From: Callorhinchus milii
Taxonomy: Eukaryota
NCBI RefSeq assembly: GCF_018977255.1
Contig: NW_024705554.1
Span: 1 to 34,767 of the forward strand
Length of the DNA: 34,767 nt
Direction: 5' to 3'
Below, one piece after another: positions 21,319-32,720 of this stretch. The notes beneath the pieces were generated by a model. It had not been told where the DNA came from. It did not search any database and was given only the letters and a program-made list of their open reading frames with translations. The position numbers and the translations under genes are program-made. Position 1 is the stretch's first letter; every line of letters starts with the position of its first letter.

Positions 21319-21416
21319 GCATCTATGTAATTACTGAGAGAAGGAGCGGAGAGAGTATCCCGGATTTGAAGAATGTTACCGAAGAGAGATACACGGGGAG
21401 ACAGACACAGAATTAG
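21319..21416 (+). CDS. CADM-like receptor cytoplasmic last exon
   Basis: Polypyrimidine tract + gtgtag|GC phase 1; (G/S)IYVITERRSGESIPDLKNVTEERYTGRQTQN*, aligning with CADM 'GTYFTHE'; AATAAA at 21532-21537. Confidence 0.6.
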
Positions 21417-21531
21417 AGACACGGGAAGAGAGACATGGGAGATAGACACACGGGGAGAGAGACACGGGAGAGAGACACGGGAGGAGACACACGGGAGAGA
21501 GACACGGGGAGTGTGGCCATGATGCCAGACA

Positions 21532-21537
21532 AATAAA
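21532..21537 (+). terminator. Candidate polyadenylation signal of the CADM-like gene
   Basis: AATAAA 115 nt after the stop, followed by a GT/T-rich tract (GTGTGTTTTTTTGG). Confidence 0.5.
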
Positions 21538-21726
21538 ACATCAGCAGCGCGTTCTCAGTGTGTTTTTTTGGTACAGTGTATAGTGTAGTGTATCGTGTAA
21601 TGTGTACACTTTACACTACTCTATACACTACACTATACACTACACTATATACTACACTATACACTACAAAGACAGACACACAGACACACATACACACAGA
21701 CACACACACACACACACAGACATACA

Positions 21727-24700
21727 CAACACAACACAACAACAACCGCCATTCGCCACTAAGTGGCGGTGACGTCACCACGACGCTTGTGCCAGGCCAA
21801 GTGCACCTTGAGGCCACGTGAAGTGTCGAACGCCCGCTGGCAGGAGGTCACGGGGCAGACCCAGGTGCCACGGGTCGACTGACCGAGATGACCGAGATGA
21901 CTGGCTGATGCACCACCTGTGCCCCCTACTGTACCAACTTGCTGTGCTTTAGCCACCCGGCGCTCCGCTCGTTGTTGTGAGCGTCGCTCCTCCGCCCTCC
22001 GTTGTTGTTGGAGGGCGACTGCCTCCAACTGCCCAGTAGCGTCCTTCACGAGCCTCCTCCACTGAGGCCGATCTTGACACCGCTGGTACCAGTCATCGGC
22101 AAGTCCACTCAGCTCCACGTCCTCCTGTACCACATCACTCCATCTCTTCTCCAGCCCGTGCCGCGCCCGTTAGCCCCCTCGATCCGGCCGAACAAAAGCT
22201 GTTTAGGCATGCGGTGGCTGGGCATGCGGGCTACATGACCCAGCCAACGCAGCCTTGCCTGCCGGAGGAGCTCACTGATGGGACTTTGCCCAGATCTTTC
22301 AAGGATTTGTGAGCTCCTCACACAATCCAGCCTGGTTAAACCCAGGATGGATCGTAGGCAGGCCAGCCTAAATGTTTCCAACCGGCGAAGATGCTCCACT
22401 AGGGGGGTCCACGTTTCGCAAGCGTAGAGAAGGGAGGGAATGACCGTGGCCGAGAAGACCTGAAGCTTCGTGCGGAGCGACAGACCAGGTAGCTTCCACA
22501 CAGCGTTACGCAACCGATGAAAAGATATTGCCGCTCGACTGATTCGGAGTGAGACCTCTGCTGATAAACTGGAGCCGGTCATAAGCACACTGCCCAGGTA
22601 TGGGAAACTCTCCACTCTCTCCACAACTGCCCCATCACCAATTGGGAGTTGTGGGGGTGGAGTGTCCGATGGTACAAAATACCCAGGCAGGTGCTTAGTT
22701 TTGGTGGGGCTGATGGTAAGGCCCCACCTCTTAGTGGCACGCTCCAGTCTCAGCAGCAGCGTCTCCAACTCCTCTTCTGAATGAGCAGCTATTACCAAAT
22801 CATCGGCATACATAACGTGGTTGACCAATAGGGAGCCATCCCTTGATCGCACCCGGGCGTCGATCAGCCTCCCATTATATCTGTACCAAATGGAAATTCC
22901 CCCGGTACAGCTATTGAAGGCTTCACGAACTACGCGGTCAAAATAGATGTTAAATAATGTGGGAGCCAGAGGACATCCCTGTCGCACCCCAAGGTGTACA
23001 GGGAAAGGCTCCGACTCCCGGCCACGTAGTTTTACCCGGGCCCGCTCACCATCATGAAGGTCCTTAATGATCGTGAGCAGAGGGTCAGGGACTCCGAAAG
23101 CACGAAGAACAACCCAGAGCCCAGTCCTACTGATGGTATCATAGGCCTTGACCAGGTCAATAAAGCAGAGATGTAGGTCTTTTTGGAATTCCCTACACCT
23201 CTGCTGTAGCAGACGGACAGAAAATATGGCATCTGTGCAGGACCGCCCTTTCCTGAAACCGCATTGGGGCTCCGCAAGCCTCTCCTCAGCGTGCCTAGCA
23301 AGGCGATGTTGAATAATCCTTGCCAGGACCTTACCCGGCACACTGAGGAGTGAGATGCCCCTGTAGTTGTTACAGTCGGTACGGTCCCCCTTCTTAAAGA
23401 GGGGGACCACCAGGGCATCCTTCCAGTCCTGCGGAACCCGTCCAGTGGTCCAGACTGTTGTTATGATGTCATATAGGGCAGTCTGTGCACAAACGCCACC
23501 CTCCCTCAGCATTTCGCTTGGGAGATCATCTCTGCCCGGTGCCTTCCCTGGTCTCAGACTCCGGATCGCCCTCAGTACTTCCTCAACAGCTGGCACCTCA
23601 GCCAGCCACTCACAGGGGGTGACCTCTTCCAATATTTGAGGCACCGCAGCCTCAGCAGGGTTATCCCACTTTGTGCCATGATGTTTTCCTGGCTGAGAGA
23701 ATTTCCCTCCCCCAGGACCTCACAGAAATGCTCAGCAAATCTGCAAACCTGTTCCTGGGGGTCGGAGATTGGATCACCGTTTTTTCCTCTAATGATGGTA
23801 ATAGGTGTGGCGCTGCAGGTTACTTTTTTGATGGAGTTAAATAGTGATTTGTGATCACGGGCCACTGAGGCAGACTCCATCTCCTCAGCAACCCGCGACC
23901 ACCACCCATCCTTACAGCGCCTTACGGCTCTCCGAACTTCCGAGCGAAGGCTGCGGTAAACCTCCTCATTCTCTGACGTGGGATGCTGTAGGCGATGAGA
24001 GTGGGCCTGTCGCTTTTTCTCAATTAACCTGAACACCTCCTCTGTCAGCCAGGGTTTCTGGGGAGGTCTGGACCGCGTACCCAAAGCAGCCATTGCAGCT
24101 GCATGAGTCACAGTCTTAAACCTCGCCCATTTACCCTCGACATCAGGTGGAGTGGGGGACGATGCCAACCCCAGCTGCAAGCGATGATGAAATTCTCGCT
24201 TGCAACTTTCATCAGCTAACTGAGACCAGGCCACTTTTGGTTGGAATGGGATCCTGGGTGTACACCCACCACCGGAGTGGAAGAAGGCAGGCGCATCTTA
24301 CAGATGACTAGTCGATGGTCAGAGGGCAGATCAGCTCCACGGTAGGTCCTGGTGTCAAGGACATGGGCTCGCATCCGCTGGTCCGTCACTATGTAGTCCA
24401 GCAGATGTTCTTGCTTGGACCCGGCATGTATCCATGATGTTGTGTGGATGCGCCGATGCCGGAAGAGCGTGTTGGTAATTACAAGCCCATGGGCTGCACA
24501 AAAATCTAGCAGCCTCCTACCGTTATTATTGAGCTGATCTGGCCCATGCCTTCCAATCACTCCAGACCAGGTGCCAGCATCATGACCAACTCGGGCATTG
24601 AAGTCACCCAACAAGATGACTCTGTCCCGAGTGGCCACTTTAGCCAGCACCTGTGACAGGAGGTCATAGAAAGCGTCTGACTCATCGGCTTTGCCTGCAT

Positions 24701-25407
24701 CCCTCCACGGATGTTCGTCTTCGGTGGGGGCATAAGTAACCACGACCACCACTCCTCGCCTCTGGTTGATGGGAAGGCGAGCCCAAAGTATCCTGGGGCT
24801 TACAGCTTCCCACACCTCACCGCCACGCTCCCACGCCCCCTTCATTCTTTTGTTCAGAAGAAGAGCCACACCCTGTTGTTTGGCAGTCTCCTGCCCCGAG
24901 TAGAGGACTGTCCACCCCTCATGGTGGCAGGAGCCAGAACCGGTCCACCGGACCTCCTGAATGCCACAGAGATCCAGGCGGTACCGGTCCAGCTCCCGAC
25001 AGAGGAGTGGCAGCCTCTCCTCCGCAGTGAGCGTTCGAACATTCCACGTGGCCATCCGCAATGGTTTTTTGTTGTTTCTGGAGGAGCCCCGAGGGTGAAA
25101 ATTCAATCTCCTGGCTCCGCCAAATGGGGTTTGGCCAGGAGACGTCATAAAAGCCTGACCCCCGGGGCCTCCGGCACAAGCTTATTGTTACAGGTTTATG
25201 TTTAATTCGTGGTTTAGTGGTAATTAATTGAAGGTGGAGGGGTTACCAGCCCCTCGCACCCGTCCAGAGCCCCCGTTTAGCCACTGTGGTGGTCACAGAC
25301 GCCATGAGGGGAGAGGCCAATGGGCATTGGCCCTCCCCCCACAGCACTGCCCACGACAGTGTTGCCCGTCCGGCACCGCGAGGAGGTAGGAGGTTGTTTT
25401 GCCGGAC
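21727..25407 (-). mobile_element. Full-length RTE-clade LINE (APE + RT + C-terminal C2H2), three frameshifts
   Basis: ATWNVRT...GIQEVRW...YAPT...GDFNARVG...LDYI...SDH (25148-24216); KAPGRD, NYRGISLLS, QCGFRKGRSC, FIDLVKAYD, GVRQGCPLAPTLF, MYADD, FPYLGS (23644-22109); [17 protein letters not shown]...HLAWH; (GTT)n tail. Confidence 0.95.
25270..25407 (-). ncRNA. HDV-like self-cleaving ribozyme at RTE 5' end
   Basis: P1 GUCCGGC/GCCGGAC; P3-L3 ACC-UCCUCGC-GGU; GGG for P1.1; P4 CACUGU/ACAGUG; J4/2 GCUAA with catalytic C at 25280; P2 CCUCC/GGGGG. Confidence 0.85.
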
Positions 25408-25500
25408 ACACACACACACACACACACAGACACACACACACACACACACACACAGACACACACACAGACACACACACACACACACAGACACACACACACA

Positions 25501-25547
<47 letters not shown>

Positions 25548-25850
25548 ACACACACACAGACACACACACACACACAGTACACACAAGACACACACACAGT
25601 ACACACACAGACACGACTTAGATACACACACATGGACTCTCACACACAAGTACACACAAACATCGACTTACACACATATACACTTACACACACACAGACA
25701 TCGACTTTAGACACACACACATGGACTCACACACACACAAGTACACACAGACATCGACTTACACACATATACACTTACACACACACACAAGTACACACAG
25801 ACATCAACAGACATCGACTTTAGACACACACACATGAACACACACACACA
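25408..25850. repeat. (CA)n microsatellite and derived repeats
   Basis: Direct observation. Confidence 0.9.
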
Positions 25851-25854
25851 TGAT

Positions 25855-26081
25855 AGTCTATTCCCATGCTATCCCAACGGAAATCGATTCCAATAGCTTA
25901 ATCAACTATAAATCGATTCCCATGTTATCCCAATAGAAATCGACTCTATATATCCATTAATCTACAGTAATCGATTCCTAATGTTATCCCATTAAGAATC
26001 GACGCGAGCAGAGTTAATCGAATCGGGAATCGAGTTTCTCTGCACCACGTGACTTGGGAAACTGCAAAACGCGTCTCCCGG
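25855..26081 (+). promoter_or_regulatory. Putative proximal promoter/5'UTR of the cytokine receptor gene
   Basis: Only unique sequence between microsatellite and ATG; ~59-bp triplication with AATCGA motifs, E-box CACGTGAC (26046-26053), CpG-rich near the ATG. Confidence 0.45.
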
Positions 26082-26175
26082 ATGGGCGTCATGGCGGCGA
26101 GGAAACTCGTCTCGAGACTTGGCCTACTCTTCCTCTCCCTCCTCCACCACCTCCACCTCGTCACGTGCACACACG
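26082..26175 (+). CDS. Class II cytokine receptor exon 1 (signal peptide)
   Basis: MGVMAARKLVSRLGLLFLSLLHHLHLVTCTH; CAC G|gtgagc, phase 1. Confidence 0.8.
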
Positions 26176-26228
26176 GTGAGCACAGCCGGAGGTGGTCGAT
26201 ACATCGGGTACCAAGTTGTGGTGGACGT

Positions 26229-26920
26229 GGGGAGCGGTGGTGCAGTGGTTAGCGCAGTGTGGGAGTGGGGAGCGGTGGTGCAGTGGTTAGCGCACTGTGT
26301 GTGTGTGGGGGGAGTGGTGGTACAGTGGTTAGCGCACTGTGTGTGCGTGTGGGGGAGCGGTGGTGCAGTGGTTAGCGCACTGTGTGTGTGGAGCGGTGGT
26401 GCAGTGGTTAGCGCATTGTTTGTGTGGAGTGGTGGTACAGTGGTTAGCGCACTGTGTGTGTGGGGGGAGCGGTGGTGCAGTGGTTAGCGCACTGTGTGTG
26501 TGTGTGTGGAGCGGTGGTGCAGTGGTTAGCGCATTGTTTGTGTGGAGCGGTGGTACAGTGGTTAGCGCACTGTGTGTGTGGGGAGCGGTGGTGCAGTGGT
26601 TAGCGCACTGTGTGTGTGTGTGGGAGCGGTGGTGCAGTGGTTAGCGCACTGTGGGGAGCGGTGGTGCAGTGGTAAGCGCACTGTGTGTGTGTGGGGAGCG
26701 GTGGTGCAGTGGTTAGCGCACTGTGTGTGTGTGTGTGTGGGGGGAGCGGTGGTGCAGTGGTTAGCGCACTGTGTGTGTGTGGGGAGCGGTGGTACAGTGG
26801 TTAGCGCACTGTGTGTGTGTGGGGAGCGGTGGTACAATGGTTAGCGCACTGTGTGTGTGTGGGGAGTGGTGGTCCAGTGGTTAGCGCAGTGTGGGGAGCG
26901 GTGGTGCAGTGGTTAGCGCA
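26229..26920 (+). repeat. 18-copy array of tRNA/SINE-head core with variable (TG)n linkers
   Basis: Core GGAGCGGTGGTGCAGTGGTTAGCGCA, 22/26 identical to the head of the SINE at 16332; fills intron 1. Confidence 0.9.
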
Positions 26921-26938
26921 CACTGCCCATCTCCCCAG

Positions 26939-27080
26939 CTGCGACTCCCCCTCTGAATGTCCGCGTGGAGTCTCGCGACCTGCTGACGCAACTCCGCTGG
27001 GACCACGACGCTCAAGTGGACGTCGCCACCAGCAGCAGCTCAAAGCTCCTGGACGTTACCTACAGGGTGGACAGCAAACT
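26939..27080 (+). CDS. Class II cytokine receptor exon 2 (FNIII D1, first half)
   Basis: ccccag|CT...AAA CT|gtgaga, phase 1-2; AATPPLNVRVESRDLLTQLRWD...DVTYRVDSK fits 'P.NV...S.N....L.W....Y.V'. Not in the supplied ORF track. Confidence 0.8.
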
Positions 27081-27089
27081 GTGAGATGC

Positions 27090-30000
27090 TCGCTCACTCA
27101 TCCACTCGCTCACTCACTCACCCACTCGCTCACCCATCCACTCACTCATCCACTCGCTCAACCACTCACTCAACCACCCATCCACTCACCCACCCACTCA
27201 CCCACCCACTCACCCACCCACTCACTGACTCACCCACTCACCCACTCACTCACTCACTCACCCACCCACCCACTCACCCACTCAACCACCGACTCACTCA
27301 CTCACTCACCCACCCACTCACTCACCCACTCACCCACTCACCCACCCACTCACTCACCCACTCACCCACCCACTTACTCACCGACCCACTCTCTCACTCA
27401 CCCACTCTCTCACTCACCCACTCACTCACTCACCCACTCACTCACTCACTCACCCATCCACTCACTAACCCACCCACTCACTCACTTACCCACTCACTCA
27501 CTCACTGACCCACCCACTCACTCACTGACTCACCCACTCAACCACCCACTCACTCACTGACTCACCCACTCACCCACCCACTCACTCACCCACCCACTCT
27601 CTCACTCAACCATCCACTCACCCACCCACTCACTCACCCGCTTACTCACCCACCCACTCTATCACTCACCCACTCACTCACCCACCCACCCACCCACTCT
27701 CTCACTCACCCACTCACTCACCCACCCACTCATCCACCCACTTACTCACCCACCCACTCTACCACCCACCCACTCTCTCACTCACCCACTCACTCACCCA
27801 TCCACTCGCTCACTCAACCAATCACTCACCCATCCACTCACCCACCCATCCACTCACCCACCCATCCACTCACCCACCCATCCACTCACCCACCCATCCA
27901 CTCACCCACCCATCCACTCACCCACCCACTCACCCACCCACTTACTCACCCACCCACTCTCTCACTCACCCACTCACTCACCCACCCACTCACCCACCCA
28001 CTTACTCACCCACCCACTCTCTCACCCACCCACTCCCTCACCCATCCACTCACCCACCCACTCACTCACCCACCCACTCACCCACCCACTTACTCACCCA
28101 CCCACTCTCTCACCCACCCACTCCCTCACCCATCCACTCACCCACTCACTCACACACTCAACCACTCACTCACCCACCCACTCACCCACCCACCCACTCA
28201 CCCACCCACTCACCCACTCACCCACTCACTCGCCCACTCACCCGCTTGCTCACTCACCCCACTCACTCACCCACTCACTCACCCACTCTTTCTCTCACTC
28301 ACTCACCCACTCTCTCACTCGCCCACTCACCCGCTTGCTCACCCACTCACCCTACCACTCACCCACTCACTCACCCACTCACTCACCCACCCACCCACTC
28401 ACCCACCCACCCACCCACTCACCCACCCACCCACTCACTCACCACCACCCACCCACTCACTCACCCACCCACCCACTCACTCACCCACTCACCCACCCAC
28501 TCACCCACTCACCCACTTACTCACCCACCCACTTACTCACCCACCCACTCTACCACCCACCCACTCTCTCACTCACCCACTCACTCACCCATCCACTCGC
28601 TCACTCAATCAATCACTCACTCATCCACTCACCCACCCATCCACTCACCCACCCATCCACTCACCCACCCACTCACTCACCCACTCTTTCTCTCACTCAC
28701 TCACCCACTCTCTCACTCGCCCACTCACCCGCTTGCTCACCCACTCACTCACCCACCCACCCACCCACTCACCCACCCACCCACCCACTCACCCACTCAC
28801 CCACCCACCCACCCACTCACTCACTCACTCACTCACCCACCCACCCACTCACCCACCCACCCACTCACTCACCCACTCACCCACCCACTCACCCACTCAC
28901 CCACTCACCCACCCACTTACTCACCCACCCACTCTACCACCCACCCACTCTCTCACTCACCCACTCACTCACCCATCCACTCGCTCACTCAACCAATCAC
29001 TCACCCATCCACTCACCCACCCATCCACTCACCCACCCATCCACTCACCCACCCACTCACCCACCCACTTACTCACCCACCCACTCTCTCACTCACCCAC
29101 TCACTCACCCACCCACTCACCCACCCACTTACTCACCCACCCACTCTCTCACCCACCCACTCCCTCACCCATCCACTCACCCACCCACTTACTCACCCAC
29201 CCACTCTCTCACCCACCCACTCTCTCACTCACTCACCACTCACTCACCCATCCACTCACCCACCATCCACTCACCACCCATCCACTCACTCACCCACCCA
29301 CTCACCCACCCACTTACTCACCCACCCACTCAATCACTCACCCACTCACCCACCGACTCACTCACTCACACACTCAACCACGCACTCACTCACTCACTCA
29401 CCCACCCACTCACCCACCCACTCACTCACTCACTCACTCACTCACTCACTCGCCCACTCACCCGCTTGCTCACTCACCCCACTCACTCACCCACCCACTC
29501 ACCCACCCACTTACCCCACCCACTCTTTCACTCACCCACTCACCCACCGACTCACTCACTCACTCACACACTCAACCACTCACTCACCCACCCACTCACC
29601 CACCCACCCACTCACCCACCCACTCACCCACTCTCTCTCTCACTCACTCACCCACTCTCTCACTCGCCCACTCACCCGCTTGCTCACCCACTCACCCTAC
29701 CACTCACCCACTCACTCACCCACTCACTCACTCACCCACCCACCCACCCACTCACCCACCCACTCACTCACTCACTCACCCACTCACTCACTCACTCACC
29801 CACCCACCCACTCACCCACCCACCCACCCACCCACTCACCCACCCACCCACTCACTCACCCACCCACTCACTCACCCACTCACCCACCCACTCACTCACC
29901 CACCCACCCACCCACTCACCCACCCACTCACCCACTCACCCACCCACCCACTCACTCACCCACCCACCCACTCACTCACCCACCCACCCACTCACTCACC

Positions 30001-30100
30001 CACCCACTCACTCACTCACTCACCCACCCACCCACCGACTCACCCACTCACCACTCACCCACCCACCACCACCCCACTCACCCACCCACTCCTCACCACC
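27090..30100. repeat. (CACC/CACT)n tetramer-derived repeat filling intron 2
   Basis: Direct observation; source of THP/HSL ORFs. Confidence 0.95.
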
Positions 30101-30132
30101 ACCTCCTCCTCCCCGTGTCTCTGTCTGTGCAG

Positions 30133-30401
30133 CTATGGACGAGCCCGCTGGCGGACCGTCTGCGCTGCCACCGCAGAGACACGGTGCGATGTCTCCTCAG
30201 CTCTGCGACATCCCGGCGACCGCTATCAACTTCGCGTCAGATCCACCGTCTTATCACCACCACCAACACCACCATCACCACCATTACCACCATCACCACC
30301 ATCACCACCATCACCACCATCACCACCACCATCACCACCATCACCATCACCACCATCATCGTCACCCTGGGTCGTGGTGGAGGTATTACCCTTGAAGACA
30401 A
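30133..30401 (+). CDS. Class II cytokine receptor exon 3 (FNIII D1, second half)
   Basis: gtgcag|C...ACA A|gtaagt, phase 2-1; [37 protein letters not shown](Pro/Ser insert)[14 protein letters not shown]-x7-C-D, Y.LRVR, S.W, P...T hallmarks. Confidence 0.85.
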
Positions 30402-30414
30402 GTAAGTGGCATTG

Positions 30415-32715
30415 TCTGTGTGTGTCTGTGTGAGTTTCTCTGTGTGAGTGTCTCTGTGTGTGAGTGTCTCTGTGTGTGTGTGTCTGTGTGTGTCTCTGTG
30501 TGTGAGTGTCTGTGTGTGTGTGTTTGTGTGTGTCTATGTCTCTGTGTGTCTCTGTGTCTGTGTGTGAGTGTCTACTCTCTGTGTCTCTGTGTGAGTTCTT
30601 CTGTGTGAGTGTCTCTCTGGGTGAGTGTCTCTGTGTGTGTGTGTGTCTCTGTGAGTGTGTGTGTGTCTCTGTGTGTGTCTGTGTGTCTGTGTGTGAGTGT
30701 CTCTGTGTGAGTGTCTCTGTCTGTGTGTGTGTCTGTGTGAGTGTCTGTGTGTGTGTCTCTGTGTGTGTCTCTGGTGTGTGTCTCTGTGTGTGTAGTGTCT
30801 CTGTGTGTGTCTGTGTGTCTGTGTGTGAGTGTCTCTGTGTGAGTGTCTCTGTCTGTGTGTGTCCCTTGATCGACGCCCGGGTGCGATCAAGGGATGGCTC
30901 CCTATTGGTCAACCACGTTATGTATGCCGATGATTTGGTAATAGCTGCTCATTCAGAAGAGGAGTTGGAGACGCTGCTGCTGAGACTGGAGCGTGCCACT
31001 AAGAGGTGGGGCCTTACCATCAGCCCCACCAAAACTAAGCACCTGCCTGGGTATTTTGTACCATCGGACACTCCACCCCCACAACTCCCAATTGGTGATG
31101 GGGCAGTTGTGGAGAGAGTGGAGAGTTTCCCATACCTGGGCAGTGTGCTTATGACCGGCTCCAGTTTATCAGCAGAGGTCTCACTCCGAATCAGTCGAGC
31201 GGCAATATCTTTTCATCGGTTGCGTAACGCTGTGTGGAAGCTACCTGGTCTGTCGCTCCGCACGAAGCTTCAGGTCTTCTCGGCCACGGTCATTCCCTCC
31301 CTTCTCTACGCTTGCGAGACGTGGACCCCCCTGGTGGAGCATCTTCGCCGGTTGGAAACATTTAGGCTGGCCTGCCTACGATCCATCCTGGGTTTAACCA
31401 GGCTGGATTGTGTGAGGAGCTCACAAATCCTTGAAAGATCTGGGCAAAGTCCCATCAGTGAGCTCCTCCGGCAGGCAAGGCTGCGTTGGCTGGGTCATGT
31501 AGCCCGCATGCCCAGCCACCGCATGCCTAAACAGCTTTTGTTCGGCCGGATCGAGGGGGCTAGACGGGCGCGGCACGGGCTGGAGAAGAGATGGAGTGAT
31601 GTGGTACAGGAGGACGTGGAGCTGAGTGGACTTGCCGATGACTGGTACCAGCGGTGTCAAGATCGGCCTCAGTGGAGGAGGCTCGTGAAGGTCGCTACTG
31701 GGCAATTGGAGGCAGTCGCCCTCCAACAACAACGGAGGGCGGAGGAGCGACGCTCACAACAACGAGCGGAGCGCCGGGTGGCTAAAGCACAGCAAGTTGG
31801 CACAGTAGGGGGCACAGGTGGTGCATCAGCCAGTCATCTCGGTCATCTCGGTCAGTCGACCCGTGGCACCTGGGTCTGCCCCGTGACCTCCTGCCAGCGG
31901 GCTTTCGACACTTCACGTGGCCTCAAGGTGCACTTGGCCTGGCACAAGCATCGTGGTGACGTCACCGCCACTTAGTGGCGAATGGCGGTTGTTGTTGTTG
32001 TTGTGTCTGTGCGTGAGTGTGTCTGTGTGTCTCTGTCTGTGTGTGTCTCTGTGTGTGTGTCTGTGTGTGAGTGTCTCTGTGTGAGTGTCTCTGTCTGTGT
32101 GTGTCTGTGTGGTGTCTGTGTGTGTGTGTCTGTGTGTCTGTGTCTGTGTGTCTGTGTGTGTCTGTGTGTCTGTGTGTGTCTGTGTGTCTCTGTCTGTGTG
32201 TGTCTCTGTGTGTGTGTGTGTCTCTGTGTGTGAGTGTCTCTTTGTGTGAGTGTCTCTGTGTGTCTGTGTGTGTGTGTGTGTCTGTGTGAGTGTGTGTGTG
32301 TCTCTGTGTGTGTGTGTGTCTCTGTGTGTGTGTGTCTCTGTGTGTGTGTGTCTCTGTGTGTGTGTCTGTGTGTGTGTCTCTGTGTCTGTGTGTGTGTGTG
32401 TGTCTCTGTGTGTCTGTGTGTGTGTCTCTGTGTGTGTGTGTGTCTCTGTGTGTGTGTGTGTCTCTGTGTGTGTGTCTGTGTGTGTGTCTCTGTGTGTGTG
32501 TGTGTGTGTGTGTCTGTGTGTGTCTGTGTGTCTGTGTGTGTGTCTGTGTCTGTGTGTGTGTGAGTGTCTCTGTGTGTGTGTCTGTGTGTGTGTCTGTGTG
32601 TGTGTCTGTGTGTGTGTGTCTCTGTGTGTGTGTGTGTCTGTGTGTGTCTGTGTGTGTGTCTCTGTGTGTGTCTCTGTGTGTGTCTCTGTGTGTGTCTGTG
32701 TGTCTCTGTGTGTGT
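30415..32715. repeat. (TG/TC)n repeats of intron 3, split by an RTE copy
   Basis: Direct observation. Confidence 0.9.
30867..32003 (+). mobile_element. RTE LINE, 5'-truncated copy
   Basis: Near-identical to reverse complement of ~21735-22866; open frame through YADD to the C2H2 end and (GTT)n tail. Confidence 0.95.
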
Positions 32716-32720
32716 CTCAG

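Noticed and set aside
26229..26920. CRISPR-like repeat-spacer array
   Set aside because: Spacers are short TG microsatellite variants, no cas genes, eukaryotic intron context.
26811..30433. THP/HSL-rich ORFs and poly-His or poly-Thr readings of 30250-30360
   Set aside because: Repeat artefacts; splice phases and FNIII motifs select the Pro/Ser frame for exon 3.
30506..31975. 489-aa Cys/Val-rich RT fusion protein
   Set aside because: (TG)n translation happens to be in frame with a 5'-truncated RTE; intronic, no promoter or true start.
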